In this document: positions 27,657 to 40,900 of the stretch, piece by piece
How the letters are laid out: every line of letters starts with the position of its first letter
Numbering within the stretch: position 1 is the stretch's first letter
Assembly: GCA_043228905.1 (NCBI GenBank)
Contig: JBHGNT010000011.1
Span: 18,662,001 to 18,726,000 of the forward strand
Length of the DNA: 64,000 nucleotides
Reading direction: 5' to 3'
Origin: Azolla caroliniana
Lineage: Eukaryota > Plantae > Polypodiophyta
Notes under the pieces: generated by a model
What the model was told of the DNA's origin: nothing
The model's database searches: none
Seen by the model: only the letters and a program-made list of their open reading frames with translations
Made by a program: the position numbers and the translations under genes

Positions 27657-27672
27657 ATATACATATACATAC
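27370..27672. repeat. Long (ATACAT/ATACAC)n microsatellite
   Basis: About 300 bp of alternating purine-pyrimidine hexamers. Confidence 0.95.
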
Positions 27673-27791
27673 ACCCTTTATTTATACTTACATATGTGTG
27701 TGTGAATGTGAGGATTCTTCTTCTTCTTTCTTTCTTCACACCACAACCCATAAACTCTGTTATTCTCTCTGTTAACTCTTCTGCCATCGCC

Positions 27792-28664
27792 ATGGCTGTG
27801 GGTGTCCTTCCCAACACACACTCTGCTCTCTGGATCTCTCTCTCCATCGCCATACCTCTCCTCCTCCTCCTCCTCCTCCTCTGCATCGACCCCGACCTCC
27901 TCTCCTCTGCCTTCTCCTTCGCCCTCCAGACATGGTCCGCTTTCAATGCATTCCTCACCCCTACCGTTCTCTTCTTCCTCATGAATGCAGTTGTCTTTGC
28001 TCTGGCCCTCCAGTCCAAGGTTGGCTATGGCGGCACTGCTAGACCGAACGGACCGCGAGAAGCAGATGAATTAGATGATGATGATGATGATGAATTAGAT
28101 GAAGATGAAGACGGCGATGGAGATGAGGACGAAGCGAGGAGGGTTTCTTCTTATCCCGAGCTCCTCACTTCCTTCTTCGGCGAAGAACCACCTCACAACA
28201 AGCGGAGAAACAAGAAGCATTCTGTATCAAGAATCCCGAGCTCGAAATTGAGATCTAACCCTAACCTTAAGCCTAAATTAAGATCTAATGCTAACTCCAC
28301 CGCTAAACTGAGGCCTATCCTTCACCAAAACCCAAATTCTAGGCTCTTGTCTCAGCCGTCTCGGCCTTACCCCGCCACGAATCCCAACAAGATCAATGGT
28401 GTGATCAAAGGACGAGTCATGTCGCTCACTCGCATCAATGGCTATGGGGAAGCTGCAGATCTGAGTGTAGAGAAAACCCCAACCCTAAATCCACCTTCTA
28501 CACGAGCTGGTACTGAACCTGAGTCTGAGCCTGGACATGGCTATGGTGAGGAGAAGAATATTGATGAGAGGGCGGGTGCTTTCATTGATCATTTTTATAA
28601 CAGGAAAAAGGTGCGAGAGGTGGATCCCTATATCGAAAGGCTGGAGAGAAGCTATGGCAGTTGA
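27792..28664 (+). CDS. DUF4408 + DUF761 (cotton-fibre-expressed-like) protein, intronless
   Basis: ATG at 27792 in a good context (GCCATGG), followed by a hydrophobic N-terminus. WSAFNAFLTPTVLFFLMNAVVFALALQSK is DUF4408-like and NIDERAGAFIDHFYNRKKV is the DUF761 C-terminal motif. Confidence 0.85.
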   Translation: MAVGVLPNTHSALWISLSIAIPLLLLLLLLCIDPDLLSSAFSFALQTWSAFNAFLTPTVLFFLMNAVVFALALQSKVGYGGTARPNGPREADELDDDDDDELDEDEDGDGDEDEARRVSSYPELLTSFFGEEPPHNKRRNKKHSVSRIPSSKLRSNPNLKPKLRSNANSTAKLRPILHQNPNSRLLSQPSRPYPATNPNKINGVIKGRVMSLTRINGYGEAADLSVEKTPTLNPPSTRAGTEPESEPGHGYGEEKNIDERAGAFIDHFYNRKKVREVDPYIERLERSYGS

Positions 28665-31600
28665 AGAAAGAAAGAAAGACAGGAGAGCCGAGAAAGTTAT
28701 GGTTCTTCTTCTTCTTCTTCTTCTTCTTCTTCTTCAAGAAAGAAGGAGAAGAAAAATTAGAGCTCAGCTTTAGAGTTTTATGTTTTTGAGATATCCAGAC
28801 CTTGTTCATTGGAACTAGGATTTCGTTCGTATATGCTAGTAACAAGCAAGAGAAGGACTTGCTCTGTATATTAGGGTTTCTCTTTTAGAGATATGCAAGC
28901 AGAAATGCATGTCTGATTGAATTTAGGGTTTCCTTCTTTATGTGCGAGAGAGAAGGAGAAGACCTTATCACAACTATATAGGTATATATATCTATATCTA
29001 TATATATATTCTGTTTCAATATTGAGTTAAGGTTTCTTTCTGATGTGCAAGAAAGAGCCCATTTGAGGAAACCCTAATGTATATGAAAACCATTCAATTC
29101 AAGAAATAAGGTTCCATAGCTAATCCAAACAGCTCAGCTTGAGTTCGTCAGAAATGTAATGCGAACAAATACAAAATCTGGGGTGTTAATTGTCTTTTCT
29201 TAATGCTTCCATATTCAGAGAATGGATCCATTGCTATACAATATATTGTCTTGGGTGCGAAAAGCCCCCTCCCCTCCCTCCTCCACGCCCGGCCTCCATA
29301 TCCAGAGCAGCTCGGATCGGAACATAGGGAATGAGTAGTGGTATCAAGCTGGCTGCCATTCGCGAACCGCCCACCATCTCGAGTTCTGTCAATTTCGATC
29401 GATCAATGGGCCCCTCGTCTCTGGATTCAATGTATTTATACGAATTCTCAAAGGAAAGTGGTTGTGTATTCGATCCTTCCATCGGACATACCCGGCTCTC
29501 TGTCTATGATTGAATGAACAAATTCTTCCAGTCTATGATTGAATGAAACAAATTCTTCTTGGAGGAAATGGGATTGGGTACTATGCTTGCTTGCTACATA
29601 CCCCACATGTTTAGCATTGGTTTTGTGTTTTCTTTTTTTCCTCCTTTTGTAGCTTTGGCAAATTGAATGTAGGACAGGTAGGTGTATGCTAAGTACATGA
29701 CATAATGAGGCTTAGGGACTTTCAGATTCTATATCATCAATGTCCGACCTTGGACCATGGACATTTCATCAATCGATCCTATCTTACTCTCTATCGACCA
29801 TTCCAATGTGGGTGTTTGTTTTGTTTTTCCTCCTTTTTAGTCTTCCTCTTGTTCACAAGAAACACATTGCATTTTGTTGTCTTAAGACTATTCTTATAAG
29901 GTGGTTGTGTTGTCATAAGACTATTCCTATAAGGTTGGTGGGTAGGTTTTTATCGAATATATGTATGTGTTAAATATCACTTGGAAAGCCTACAATTATT
30001 TGTAGGAAATAATGCTACGAGAGCTCCAATATTTGATCATTAAGAATGATCGTTGTAATGGCATGGCACAATGTATGATTGGATTAATCATCTACGTGCT
30101 TGATGTGATGTCTCTCCAAGAGAAATCAAGCATATGCCAAGCATCTGAATAGTGATGGTGAATGTATGATTACGGAATCTTTTGTGGGGATGGAGGCTTT
30201 GTTTAATACATTGAGAGTGATTGAGTTTTGCTCCCTCTTGGCAAGCACTTGGGTGGGTCACCATGTTGAGTCTTACCTTCTCACTTTCTATCTTTATTTT
30301 AGTGTGTTTTTAATTTCCAATTCTCAAACAAGCAAACAATCAACACAATGTGTATCATTTTGCCCTCTCACCATTGTGCGAACTCACTTCTTCACAAGAA
30401 TGCACATACACATTTATATATACAATGGATGAGGCCCATTGAGTATTGAAAATCAACTGGATAACATAGGTCAGATATCACCAATAAAATTTTAAAAAAT
30501 GGCGGGCATCTCCTTGAGGGCTTTACAAATCCAAAGACAACTGGAAATGAGAACATTTTATGTGTGATATACTCATTGGAACTTCATATTTTACAATGTT
30601 GACGATATTCAAGTGGCACTTTTCCAACACATGCTTTCATTAACACAACAATTTTTGTTCATACATCGACAAAATAGGTAGATAGACAAGATGCATTTTA
30701 AGGTTGCCCTTTACAAAAATATACTTACATAATTAGTTCCAACAATAATGTATATATAAATTAGTATAAAAGCAACATGCTTGATGGGCTTGGTTCCAAG
30801 ACTCTCAATAGCATGTTGTTAATGTCAACAACAATATGTATCTTTGAGTCACAAGTTACGACTTTGCAAAGCATGTACAAATATGCATTAGGTGGTTCCT
30901 CAACATAATATAATCCTTAACGTTCTTGTAGTAACATTGTTGACCTTATCAATAGGTATGAGGAAGTCATGTCCATTTTATAACTGGAATTAACCTATGC
31001 CATTGGCACCATTACCCTAAGGCATCGTAATCGAACCCTAAAAGTTTCCAAATCTTAAACTGTGTCCCAGATACCTATAAGTTGTCATAAAGCATACCCT
31101 TGATTTTCTTAGTATGTCGTCCATTGCATGTGGGCCCTGTCCTAATTATTGGTTGTTTGATGGCACAACTCAAAAGTACGTGAATACGTTATCTATATGT
31201 CAACACAACGATTGTTTGCAATCCCATAGCGGTGTCTACATGTTCTGATGGGTTCATAATATCATTTAAAAATGGTACATTGTTAGTGATTTATTAATAT
31301 GTCACAAATGTTCACACAACTCTCTCATACCTCCTTTTAGGAAACTCATTTGTCAATTTAAAGATTTCACGTAAAGATCAATTTTCCATTTGTCTTCATA
31401 AGTTTATGTAGCTTCTAAAACTTTGCATATGTTCTCCACTCTTAATGTGCATTGTCTATTGGAAACCCTCTTAAAATTTTTGATTGGAGTGTTAGCTTTG
31501 CTTGGTCAAGCAACCATCATATAATTTATAGATGAGAAAGGCATAACTCAATGAACCGCATGTGTTTGTATAAAAGTGGCATTCATCTTTTTTAGTGTAC

Positions 31601-34600
31601 TAAAATTCAAAAATAGATAGAGCTAGATTTTATTATAGCCTGAAGGTAAGATGTGACCTATGGGCCTATGGGCCTATGGGATTAAAGTGAAAAAAATCAC
31701 TTAGATGTAGCAAGTGATTTTGTGGTTGTCCTCAGTGATCAATTATAGTCGATGGCTCTAATGTTAAAGATTTTCGCGTAGTATGCGTTATGGAGCTCAT
31801 AGGTAACTTGATTTTTTAAGATTTCACTAATGAACATTGCATTCAAGAGTATACATTGTGATCGAGGGAGGAAAGTTTGTAGGGCTTGAAGAAGATTGAT
31901 GAAGTGTGGAAAGCACACTTAAATTTGGCTCAAGATGGAGCATTGCATTAGAGTAAAAAATCTGTTTGAGGCCAAACGTGCATCCTCAATGAACCCTATT
32001 GTTGGATCCCCAACACTTTGTCTCCCATCAAATAAAATATGAGTTAAGTCATATAGAAGCAATGATGAAGACATTGAACATGAGGAAAACACATGTTTGA
32101 GGCATCATGACACAAGTATAATGTATGCATCTTCAAATTTCAATAAATTGTTTTTTGGTATCTTTGTAAGTTTTTATTTTCTTACCATTCCATTCTAGGA
32201 AGTTGATATAGGGGGTTGTTATGAGACTTGGGAAAACATACTCTACAATTGTTTCCATGTCTACAATTGTTCCAATTTGTCTTATTTTGGGGATAATTGA
32301 TTTTGTATGACTTGATATTCTCTTGCTTTAGTGACATCACATTGGTTCAAATAGAACGTTTGTATGACTTCTTTGCCTATTAGATAACCTTAGTGCATGT
32401 AGAGAGCCTCTTGCTCTAGACCAATGCCAGTACTATGAATAATTGCTTTAGTTCAAGTTAATAACCGCATTCTCCAATTATCTACTCTTATTTTGAGCAA
32501 ATCTACTCACCAAATTCAAATGACCTCTTACCCTCGATTGATGCCATCCAAGGTTCAAGTAGATCTGTCACACAAAGTAGATACTTTCGCGTCAGATGCT
32601 CTTCACTTTAGGTGAATGCTTAGTAACATTAGCTTCTTATCCTTGAGATCTCGACGTCTCCAAACATATGATATGACACATCACATATTGATCTTTCTCA
32701 AACCAATATTCCGTCCATCATTAGCCTTATTTTGAAAGTCTTTCAAGGTTCAAATGCCCTTCATTGTCTCATTGTACATCCATATTATGTGATCTCCATC
32801 TTCCCTAAAAATGAGCATTGAATCCCGTAACCTTTTTAAATGTATTTGCTTCCTGAAAATGGCATCAACATTGCCTGTAAAACTTTCGTACTAACCACGT
32901 AATGTATGAATAAATAACAACCAGAAATCAGCAATTATAATAGAAACATCATGAGTGACGTTGTCAAAAATTGATCCCACTCTTAGTCTTACTCTTACTC
33001 TTGAGTTATTTGAGCTTGTGGTTCATTCTCGCACTTCTTTTTAAAAGCCCAATTGTGTCATTAGTCTCACTTAATCATTAAACTCTCCCTTAGTTCGGCC
33101 GTATTTTATTATAGTATTATATGATTTCTAATGATACAAAAATACTCTCAAGAATCAACACCCATGAAATTTGATATTTTCTTGATAGACCTTGGGTACT
33201 TTCTCACCCAAGAATTTGCCATTTGTTATCTTTCCAAATTAATCATTGATGATATTGATCTATCTTTCGTTAAAAGTATTGGAGCTCAAAAGAGGCATGT
33301 AAGACTTAATTAACTTTTATCTAAGAACTAATCATGTTAAATTATTTTCCTTTGGAACAATTTTGTGAAAATGTAGCTTGCTTTTCACTTTTGATGAGTT
33401 CGACATTTGTGATACCTCCAAGCTTCGTTTCACAAACAAAAGGTTGATGAATTTCAAATTGTTTTGTTCTAGTAGGTTAAACATGATTATTTACCAACAC
33501 ATTTGAGCTTCTTGTTATAAATGGTTGTTGGACCATTTTGACACCTTTTGATCAATCTAATAATGTTACCATCCAAACGATTTCACTACATGTTGCTTGA
33601 ATCACGACATGATATTTTGGTTTCCTTGAACCTAAGGCTATAAATGGTTGTTTCTTTGACACCCATGTTACAACACCACTTCTAAGAGAGTCTCAATAAC
33701 CAACTAGACTTCTTGTTAAGGGCTTTAATATGCTTAGTATGCATTCAAATTACACTTGACATAAGACGATATTATATTTAGAAAAAAAATACTTGTAGTC
33801 AATCGTTCCTAGTTGTTGCTACCAAGTGAGTATTATTCTTCCAATAGTTAAGTATATATATTTACCAGGCATTGGATGGTAGCTCTTTGTAGCATCTAAA
33901 GAGGCCGTATCAATTTTCGCATCAAATTTAGCATTTGTTTCCTTCAAGAGTTTCATCATGGTTACAAAAAGAGCTTTTTTGAATTCATCAAGCATATCCA
34001 ACTAAAATACTTTTTGCAAAAGAAAAATATCATTATCACATTTCAATGCATCTAAGCCATGTCAAGTTTGGAGAGATTGTCCATCTTACATTTTGAAAAA
34101 CAATCAACCGGACTTCCATGGACTCTTTGAATATCACAAATGTAAACATCCTCGTATTTTATATCAGTGTATAAAGAAAGTTGTAACCTTCTTGGTTGCT
34201 AGGTTCTCCAAAAAAAAAAAAGATACTACATTAGTATTAGAAAACCGCCATAAGGCTAAACATACAAGCTATACCGATCCCCTATATTTTTCTAAAGTCT
34301 AACCATTGGCTTGAATAAACACTTTGGTGTTGAGTATATTTCTTGGTTGCTAGGTTCAAGTTGTAGCCTTCGGGCGTTTTGTTCTTAATACTATTGAAGA
34401 AAATCTTATATAAATAAATAAATAAATAAACAATCAACCGGAACAATAAGAACTTCAGAAAATCTCCACTTTCTCAATTTCCAACAACTTGTTTTAACTT
34501 TTATGAGGCACTTATACATCCTATATTTCGGGCTGAATCCAACTTTCTATTTGTTGTATGTTTTCTGAACTGCTTTAAAAAAGGGCACCAAGGATATCAT

Positions 34601-35301
34601 TGATTTTGTAGTATACTTAAAAAGTAGAAGAGAATATTAGAATTTATATAAGTATACACACACACACACACACACACACACATGCATGTGTGTGTGTATA
34701 TATATATGTTGAGAGAGGAATTTTGGAACTCATGATGATATATGGAGTATTTACATCTAAAACTATTCTCATATTTAGCTTTCCTAATGGCCCTCACATC
34801 TTTTCATGCATTGTTTCCGACTACTTGATAAAGTTATCACGTTTTATTTTAACGTTATCACATTTTCTTCTTTGCGCCTCAAAATTCGAGATCAAAAGCT
34901 CCATTTCAGCATCACATAAACAACATTACACGTTCTCTTAGCATTAGGTGTCAATATATGGACGAGCTCTTCTTCAATTTGGATTTCACAACACACAATT
35001 TAGTATGTCTCTCAACTCTTTAAGGCTGATTATGGAAAAAGTTCTATAGACAAATATGTATGTAGTGGAATCTTTAGAGTGTAACTTTATTATTATATAT
35101 ATGTTTACGGCTTCAAATTATGTATGTACATAAAGTACTACAAAACATCAAAAGATGTCGTGATGGAAATACAATTTTTACACCTTTACGTTTACCTTAA
35201 TGTGCAGAGACACAAAGTTTTTATTCCTTGAAGCTTTTGCTCATTCCATCCACTCGATGTGCAAGCAATAGGTGCACCCTAACCACAATTTCCTTGCTAG
35301 C

Positions 35302-35302
<1 letters not shown>

Positions 35303-35345
<43 letters not shown>
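35303..35345. repeat. (AC)n microsatellite
   Basis: Directly visible. Another lies at 34655-34682. Confidence 0.9.
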
Positions 35346-35346
<1 letters not shown>

Positions 35347-36059
35347 TTATAGGCATATGCATATATATTTGAAAAAAGGGGCGCTCTCTATGTATGAATG
35401 AGGTTTTGTCAAAGCAAGCATAGGTACAATGGCGCTCCACAATCAATGAGGCTACACACCGTTGTTAAGTGTGTGCATGCTCCTTATAGTCACATGGTGC
35501 TAATACCCACATTTTGACAACATCGTCGAGGATTCTTTATGAGGAACCGTTTGTGAATTTTTACAAATTTTATTTGTGTCCACTATTTCATAACCACATA
35601 TTGCTCAATGTACGCTACTCACCCATTGTTGTTTTGTTCAACATCGTCTAGGCCAGTTTTGGTGTATGTGGTGTTGGTGTTTCATGTTTTGTATTCTCAT
35701 GTTTACAATGACTACAAGATCGAAGAGATCGTCGTGATGGTCTTTGTCAATATTGCGAGATAAAACCTCGGCAAAGCCTATGATGTCAAGTAAGATGGCC
35801 AAAGAATTCCCATCTACGATGACAATGCAATGCACTATTGTTGCCTAAAATAAAATGTTTTAGAGTTTAAACAAATACAGAGGGTATATGAACTTAATAA
35901 CAAACTAGGAGCTTGGCTCACTATTCTATACTGCCAGCTTATGATATTCTTCACACGTATGTCTATTTTTGTCATGCCTCTAAATAAGATTTGTGTAGGT
36001 GTTGTTCAAATGCCATTGTATGAACTTTATCAATGATGCATTTCTTGAGCTATACCTTC

Positions 36060-36225
36060 TCAAATCCTCTACTATATTGTGCACAGAGAAGCGCCATATG
36101 TACGTTTCAAATCCTCAATATATTGTGCACAAAGGAGTACCCATATGCATGTTCTCAAACCTCTTGCATGTATATATTGTGCACAAAAGGGTACCCATAT
36201 GCATGATCTCAAATCCTCTTGCATA
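36060..36225. repeat. Diverged tandem repeat, about 50 bp x3
   Basis: TCAAATCCTC..TATATTGTGCACA..CCATATG recurs three times. Confidence 0.7.
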
Positions 36226-37976
36226 TACTCCATCCAGTTGCCTTATGAAATCCTTGCACACATTTCAACACTAAACATGTCTTGTAACTTGTCAATAAAT
36301 TTTCAATGTCTTGTAACTTGCCAATGACCTTGGATGCTTGTTTGAAAAACTCCACCCAAAGTTGAAAAACTCTAATCTTATAATTCGTGAATGACATAAA
36401 AATTTGAACCTAGTGGCCATCGTCTAATTATTCATTTTGTTGGTTTCCATACGCTTGTAAATGCCCTTTTGCAACAATGTGTCTCTTCTACCATGTTATC
36501 CGCATTGTATTTAGGCAACACCATTTTCTTTTAACATTTTGGATAATCCAAAGTTAGTGATTTTGTAATCAAATAAATGATAATATTGTAATCAACTAGA
36601 GTGTGGAAACTTAGTGATTTGTAGATAAATCATACATATACATCCTTTAATCCAATGTTGTAAAAAAAGAAGGTTTACAAAAGGTCTAGATTTGAGAATT
36701 TTGATATGATCAACATATGAGGCTTGAGCATGTAAATAGTACGTTGATCGAATTTGGTATCATTATCGTGATTCGTGTACAAAGGCAATGCATTCACGTA
36801 GTGCTTTACCATATAATATTTCTTTTATTTTTGCTTGTATTGTTTTGTGAATATGTCCAATATTGGAAGCAGAGCAATCTCTTACATTAGCATTCACGTG
36901 CTTAGGTTTATTGGGTTTTCTTCTTCTTCAAATGATAAGCCTTGATTTGTTCCACATTTGGCATTTGGATGCACACCATCCAACCATAGTCTTCTTCCTT
37001 TGGGCTTTGATGCCTTGTTCAAGCTTTTACTTAAAACCTACAAGTTACAACACAATTATTTCTTAAAAATGTATCAATTTTGTTGTACCGCCAAAGATTC
37101 CGCCATTTGGAACTGTTCACCAAGTCTAGATAGTTGTGCTCCTGCGGCGAAAAAGATTAAACCTCTTTGACGACTCTAGAATTGTGGTTGACAGTGATTG
37201 GGACGACGTTGTTTTTGTTTTTTAGTTTGGGAGACTACCACAATGAAGAGCGGTCAAGTGACGTTCAATCACCTAGTTCATATCTGTTGAGCTTGGAATT
37301 TACCTTGTCCTTTGGTTTCGTTCCTCTCCCCATGGGAATCTCCTCTGGTTTTGTTAACACATAACCAAAAACCACGGGAATCTCCTTACCAAGAGACATT
37401 ATCTTAACCACAGTGCATTCATCCTCCCAGAAGGTGCCAATCTCTCGTGTCTTCTCAACTCCACTACCTTTACGATCAAGTCTCGGTCACACAGTGTGGC
37501 AAACATCGTGAACCCCACATATTAAACCTTCGCACATAAAACCTTGACATTATTCTCTACATCCGTGTGGTAAAAAACTGCGGTTCATCGAATGGATGTC
37601 ATGTGGCGATTCCTATTGTTCGGGGCACACAAAGTAGAAACTAGCACTACTAGGATGTTGGTCGGGTTCGAACAAGTAGTAGTATTACGGGAGAATAAGC
37701 CTCTGCTAATATCGGGGATGTGCATGAATGGGTCCGATCGAAGAATTGCGGGATGTCAATGACCGGTCTCAGGTCGGGTTCCCGGGCCCGGCCCCTCTCG
37801 GCGGGCCGCTCTCCTAGACACAATGACACTAAAATTGTAAGACTAACTCCTCTGGCTCTTCTTCTTCTACTACTTCTTCTTCTGATGATTGTGATGGTGA
37901 TGGTGATGGTGATGGTGATGGTGATGGTGCCCCTTCGCCCCATACCTCAGCAGGTGCCAAACCAAACCATAACCTC

Positions 37977-40900
37977 ATGAAACGCAAGGCCGAGACGGAG
38001 ATCATTTGCATCTCCAGCGATGAAGAAAGCATCTATCGCGATGGCATAGAAGGAGGAGGAGAAGATGATGTTGTTGTTATTGATGATGATGAAGAGCACA
38101 GGAAGCATGTCTATATTGCCAATGGTGACATGGAGATCGAAGAAGAAGAAGAAGAAGAAGAAGAAGAAGAAGAAGAAGAATTCGAAAATGATGGTACAGA
38201 TGAGGAATGTGAATATACAGATGAAGAAACGGAATGTGAAGATCCAGACGATGAAGACTACCAAGAAGAGGATACAGATGATGACGTAGTTGAAGATGCA
38301 GATGAATGTGCAGGGACGAGCACTGGCGATGCCATGATTTTAAGGTGAACTTTTTCTGTATACGACACTTTCGTCTACATTTTCGTATGTATTCCTCCGC
38401 CATGATCCATGGGGATAATAGTCGACAGCTTGATTCGTATTTACCAAAACAGCAATGTGCGAGGGTCACCACTTTGTGTTAAAAAGAGAACAGCAAAACA
38501 TGATGGTAAGCCATGTATGCTGAGTAGTTGATCTTCCTTATATTCTATATAGTTCCGTTCTTGTTGTCTAGGCCCTTCTGAAGGAAAGGAACCAAACATT
38601 AAAGAGAAAATGGAAGTGTTTAACAGTGGCATAAGCTAGATTGGAATGAAATAGAAAAGCATTTTTCTAAAAAAGACTTTGCATATGCCATTAGCTGGAT
38701 TGTGCTATAATAGAGAAGGAAAACCCCAACCATGATTTTCATATGACATAAGCTGCATTGTGGTTGGATTTCGTTATGTTTTTGAGAACTAGCTCTAGTA
38801 TTACTATTCAGTATTCGGTAGTGACTGCAATCTGTGGACGAAAGAGTGGCATTGCATTGGTCATGTTATAAAGAGTGTCCTGGTTAGAGTATTTTGACTT
38901 AGATATGGGTTTATACTCTATGATAACATCTGAAGGGAACCTCAAGGTTCTTGAGGAAAGTCCAAGTGGAGGAAACTATAAAGCATGTCATCTGACTTTT
39001 ACTGCTATCTAACAGTTTAATTATGTTGATCTATTATACGGAGTAATTTTCCCATGGTGTGGGAGGCTGGAAAGCAGCAGACTGGAGATATCATCTTCTT
39101 TATATATATATGTAATATGTATGCATGTATGTTTTTAGACACAAGATCATCTGCCATTGAGTGATGAAGATATGCCTCTGATGTAATTGAACATTTTGAG
39201 TATTATGTACACTATCCAGATCTTATAAAGGTGGGATAGGGAAACATCAATATGATGAATTTGCACTGATGCCAGGGTGCCTTTCTTTTCATAGTTGCCA
39301 TGTACTATAGTTTGGGAGACAAATTTACCATTTAGACCCTGTCTCATCTGAATTTAGGAATACATGATGAGTCTTATGTGTCATAGTTTTCTATGTATCT
39401 GTAGAGCCTATTGCAAAACAAAAAATTAGAAGTTAGATTTAAAAGTGAAATCTCCTTAGAAATATAGAACATTGAAGATCAATATGATAAAGTGATTGGC
39501 TACATGAAGTTGATAGAACATATATCTCAAGCTTTCTATGTAAATTTTATACTCATCTTGCTATGTCGTAACTTTGCTATTTTGCAGATGGACGTGGAGC
39601 TGCGAATTCTGTTCATCAAAGTGTGAAGTATATTTCATTTGCTTGATGTCTAGCATTTATTTGATCTACACTGAAGTAATGTTTATTTTTCCATGAGATA
39701 AGCTAACATAAAATAATTGATAGATTTCTATTGTATCAATTACTATTAAAATTATTTAATATATTTTGCGCACGTTTCCTCCTCTTTTTATGATCATTTT
39801 AGATGCAATAATAGCTCAAAAAGGAGGTGTGGACCTGCAATCAAGAAAACAACTCTAAGCAGAGAAGCTTTGAACTATTATGATGAAGCTTTAAAAATTA
39901 TTAGAAGTGAGCACCACATCTTCATTTCCTTATGCTTGATATTACAGAATATTACATGTTTGATTTATCGATGTGAAAAACACCATTCAAAGGCGGTGAA
40001 GATTTAGAGCAACTGATGGTTGAACAATGCAAAGCGTATTTGCGTCGTTATTCATTGAGGTTGACAGGATCAAAGTCTATGCTTATCCAGCGTATTCAAG
40101 AACACTTAGAGTGAGATATTTTTACAATATATACTTTCCTGTAGTTTGTGTTGTTTTGAAATGATTGCCTGCATTATATGTAACATTTAATTTTAACATT
40201 CCTTTTTTAGATAAACCGTTGGTAAAACTTTGGGTATAATTATTTATGTACTGTATATCATGCAGAATAAAGGGAGGAAATGCACTGATCAAATATCCAA
40301 GATCAACATTTACTATAAATTGTACAGGTAAACAACTAATGCTATATGTGTTGAAAAAAGAGGGTCAGGAAAAAGAAAGAAACAAAGTATATTAACGTTC
40401 ATTTGAGGCTGAAGTCAACCTCATTTACAACAGATGTATGTTTTTCTTTCATTGCTCATTGGTTGTGATACCATTTGTATTTCTCCTTTTTTTTTCTTGT
40501 TAATGTCTTCGAATAGCGGTTTTGTAAGCTTCTTCGATTAGGGTATAATTCTTTGGCGAATGGTGTCTAGATCATTTTCAAAGAAGAAAGAAACGTTCAA
40601 GTTACAAGATGTCAATCAAAGCCATGGAGTTTTTAGAGTTATTGTGTCTAGTTTCTCTTCATTTTTTTTGCATTTTGGGATATTATATATAACAACTCTC
40701 AAAATGTTTTTTGACTAATTCTACCTACCCTTAAATTTACTACCACCAAATGTCTTCCCACGGGTGGAAATCTGCAATTTTGAATCGAGTCTCAACAGTT
40801 TGAAACTTGTCTCTACATTATGAGGTATCTTCTTGATGAGTCTAGGTTGAAAACTTGGGCCAGAGAAGCTCTTGGTGAAGATGCCATCATCTCCTTCGTG

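Noticed and set aside
27183-27791. N-terminal part of the 493-aa ORF (HTHIYIY repeats)
   Set aside because: It is translated microsatellite; the real protein starts at ATG 27792.
29950-37500. Many short ORFs and possible transposon relics
   Set aside because: No splice-consistent gene model or convincing motif; probably old TE debris.
37652-37680. GGGTTCGAAC B-box-like motif suggesting a tRNA
   Set aside because: No cloverleaf stems or A-box could be built around it.
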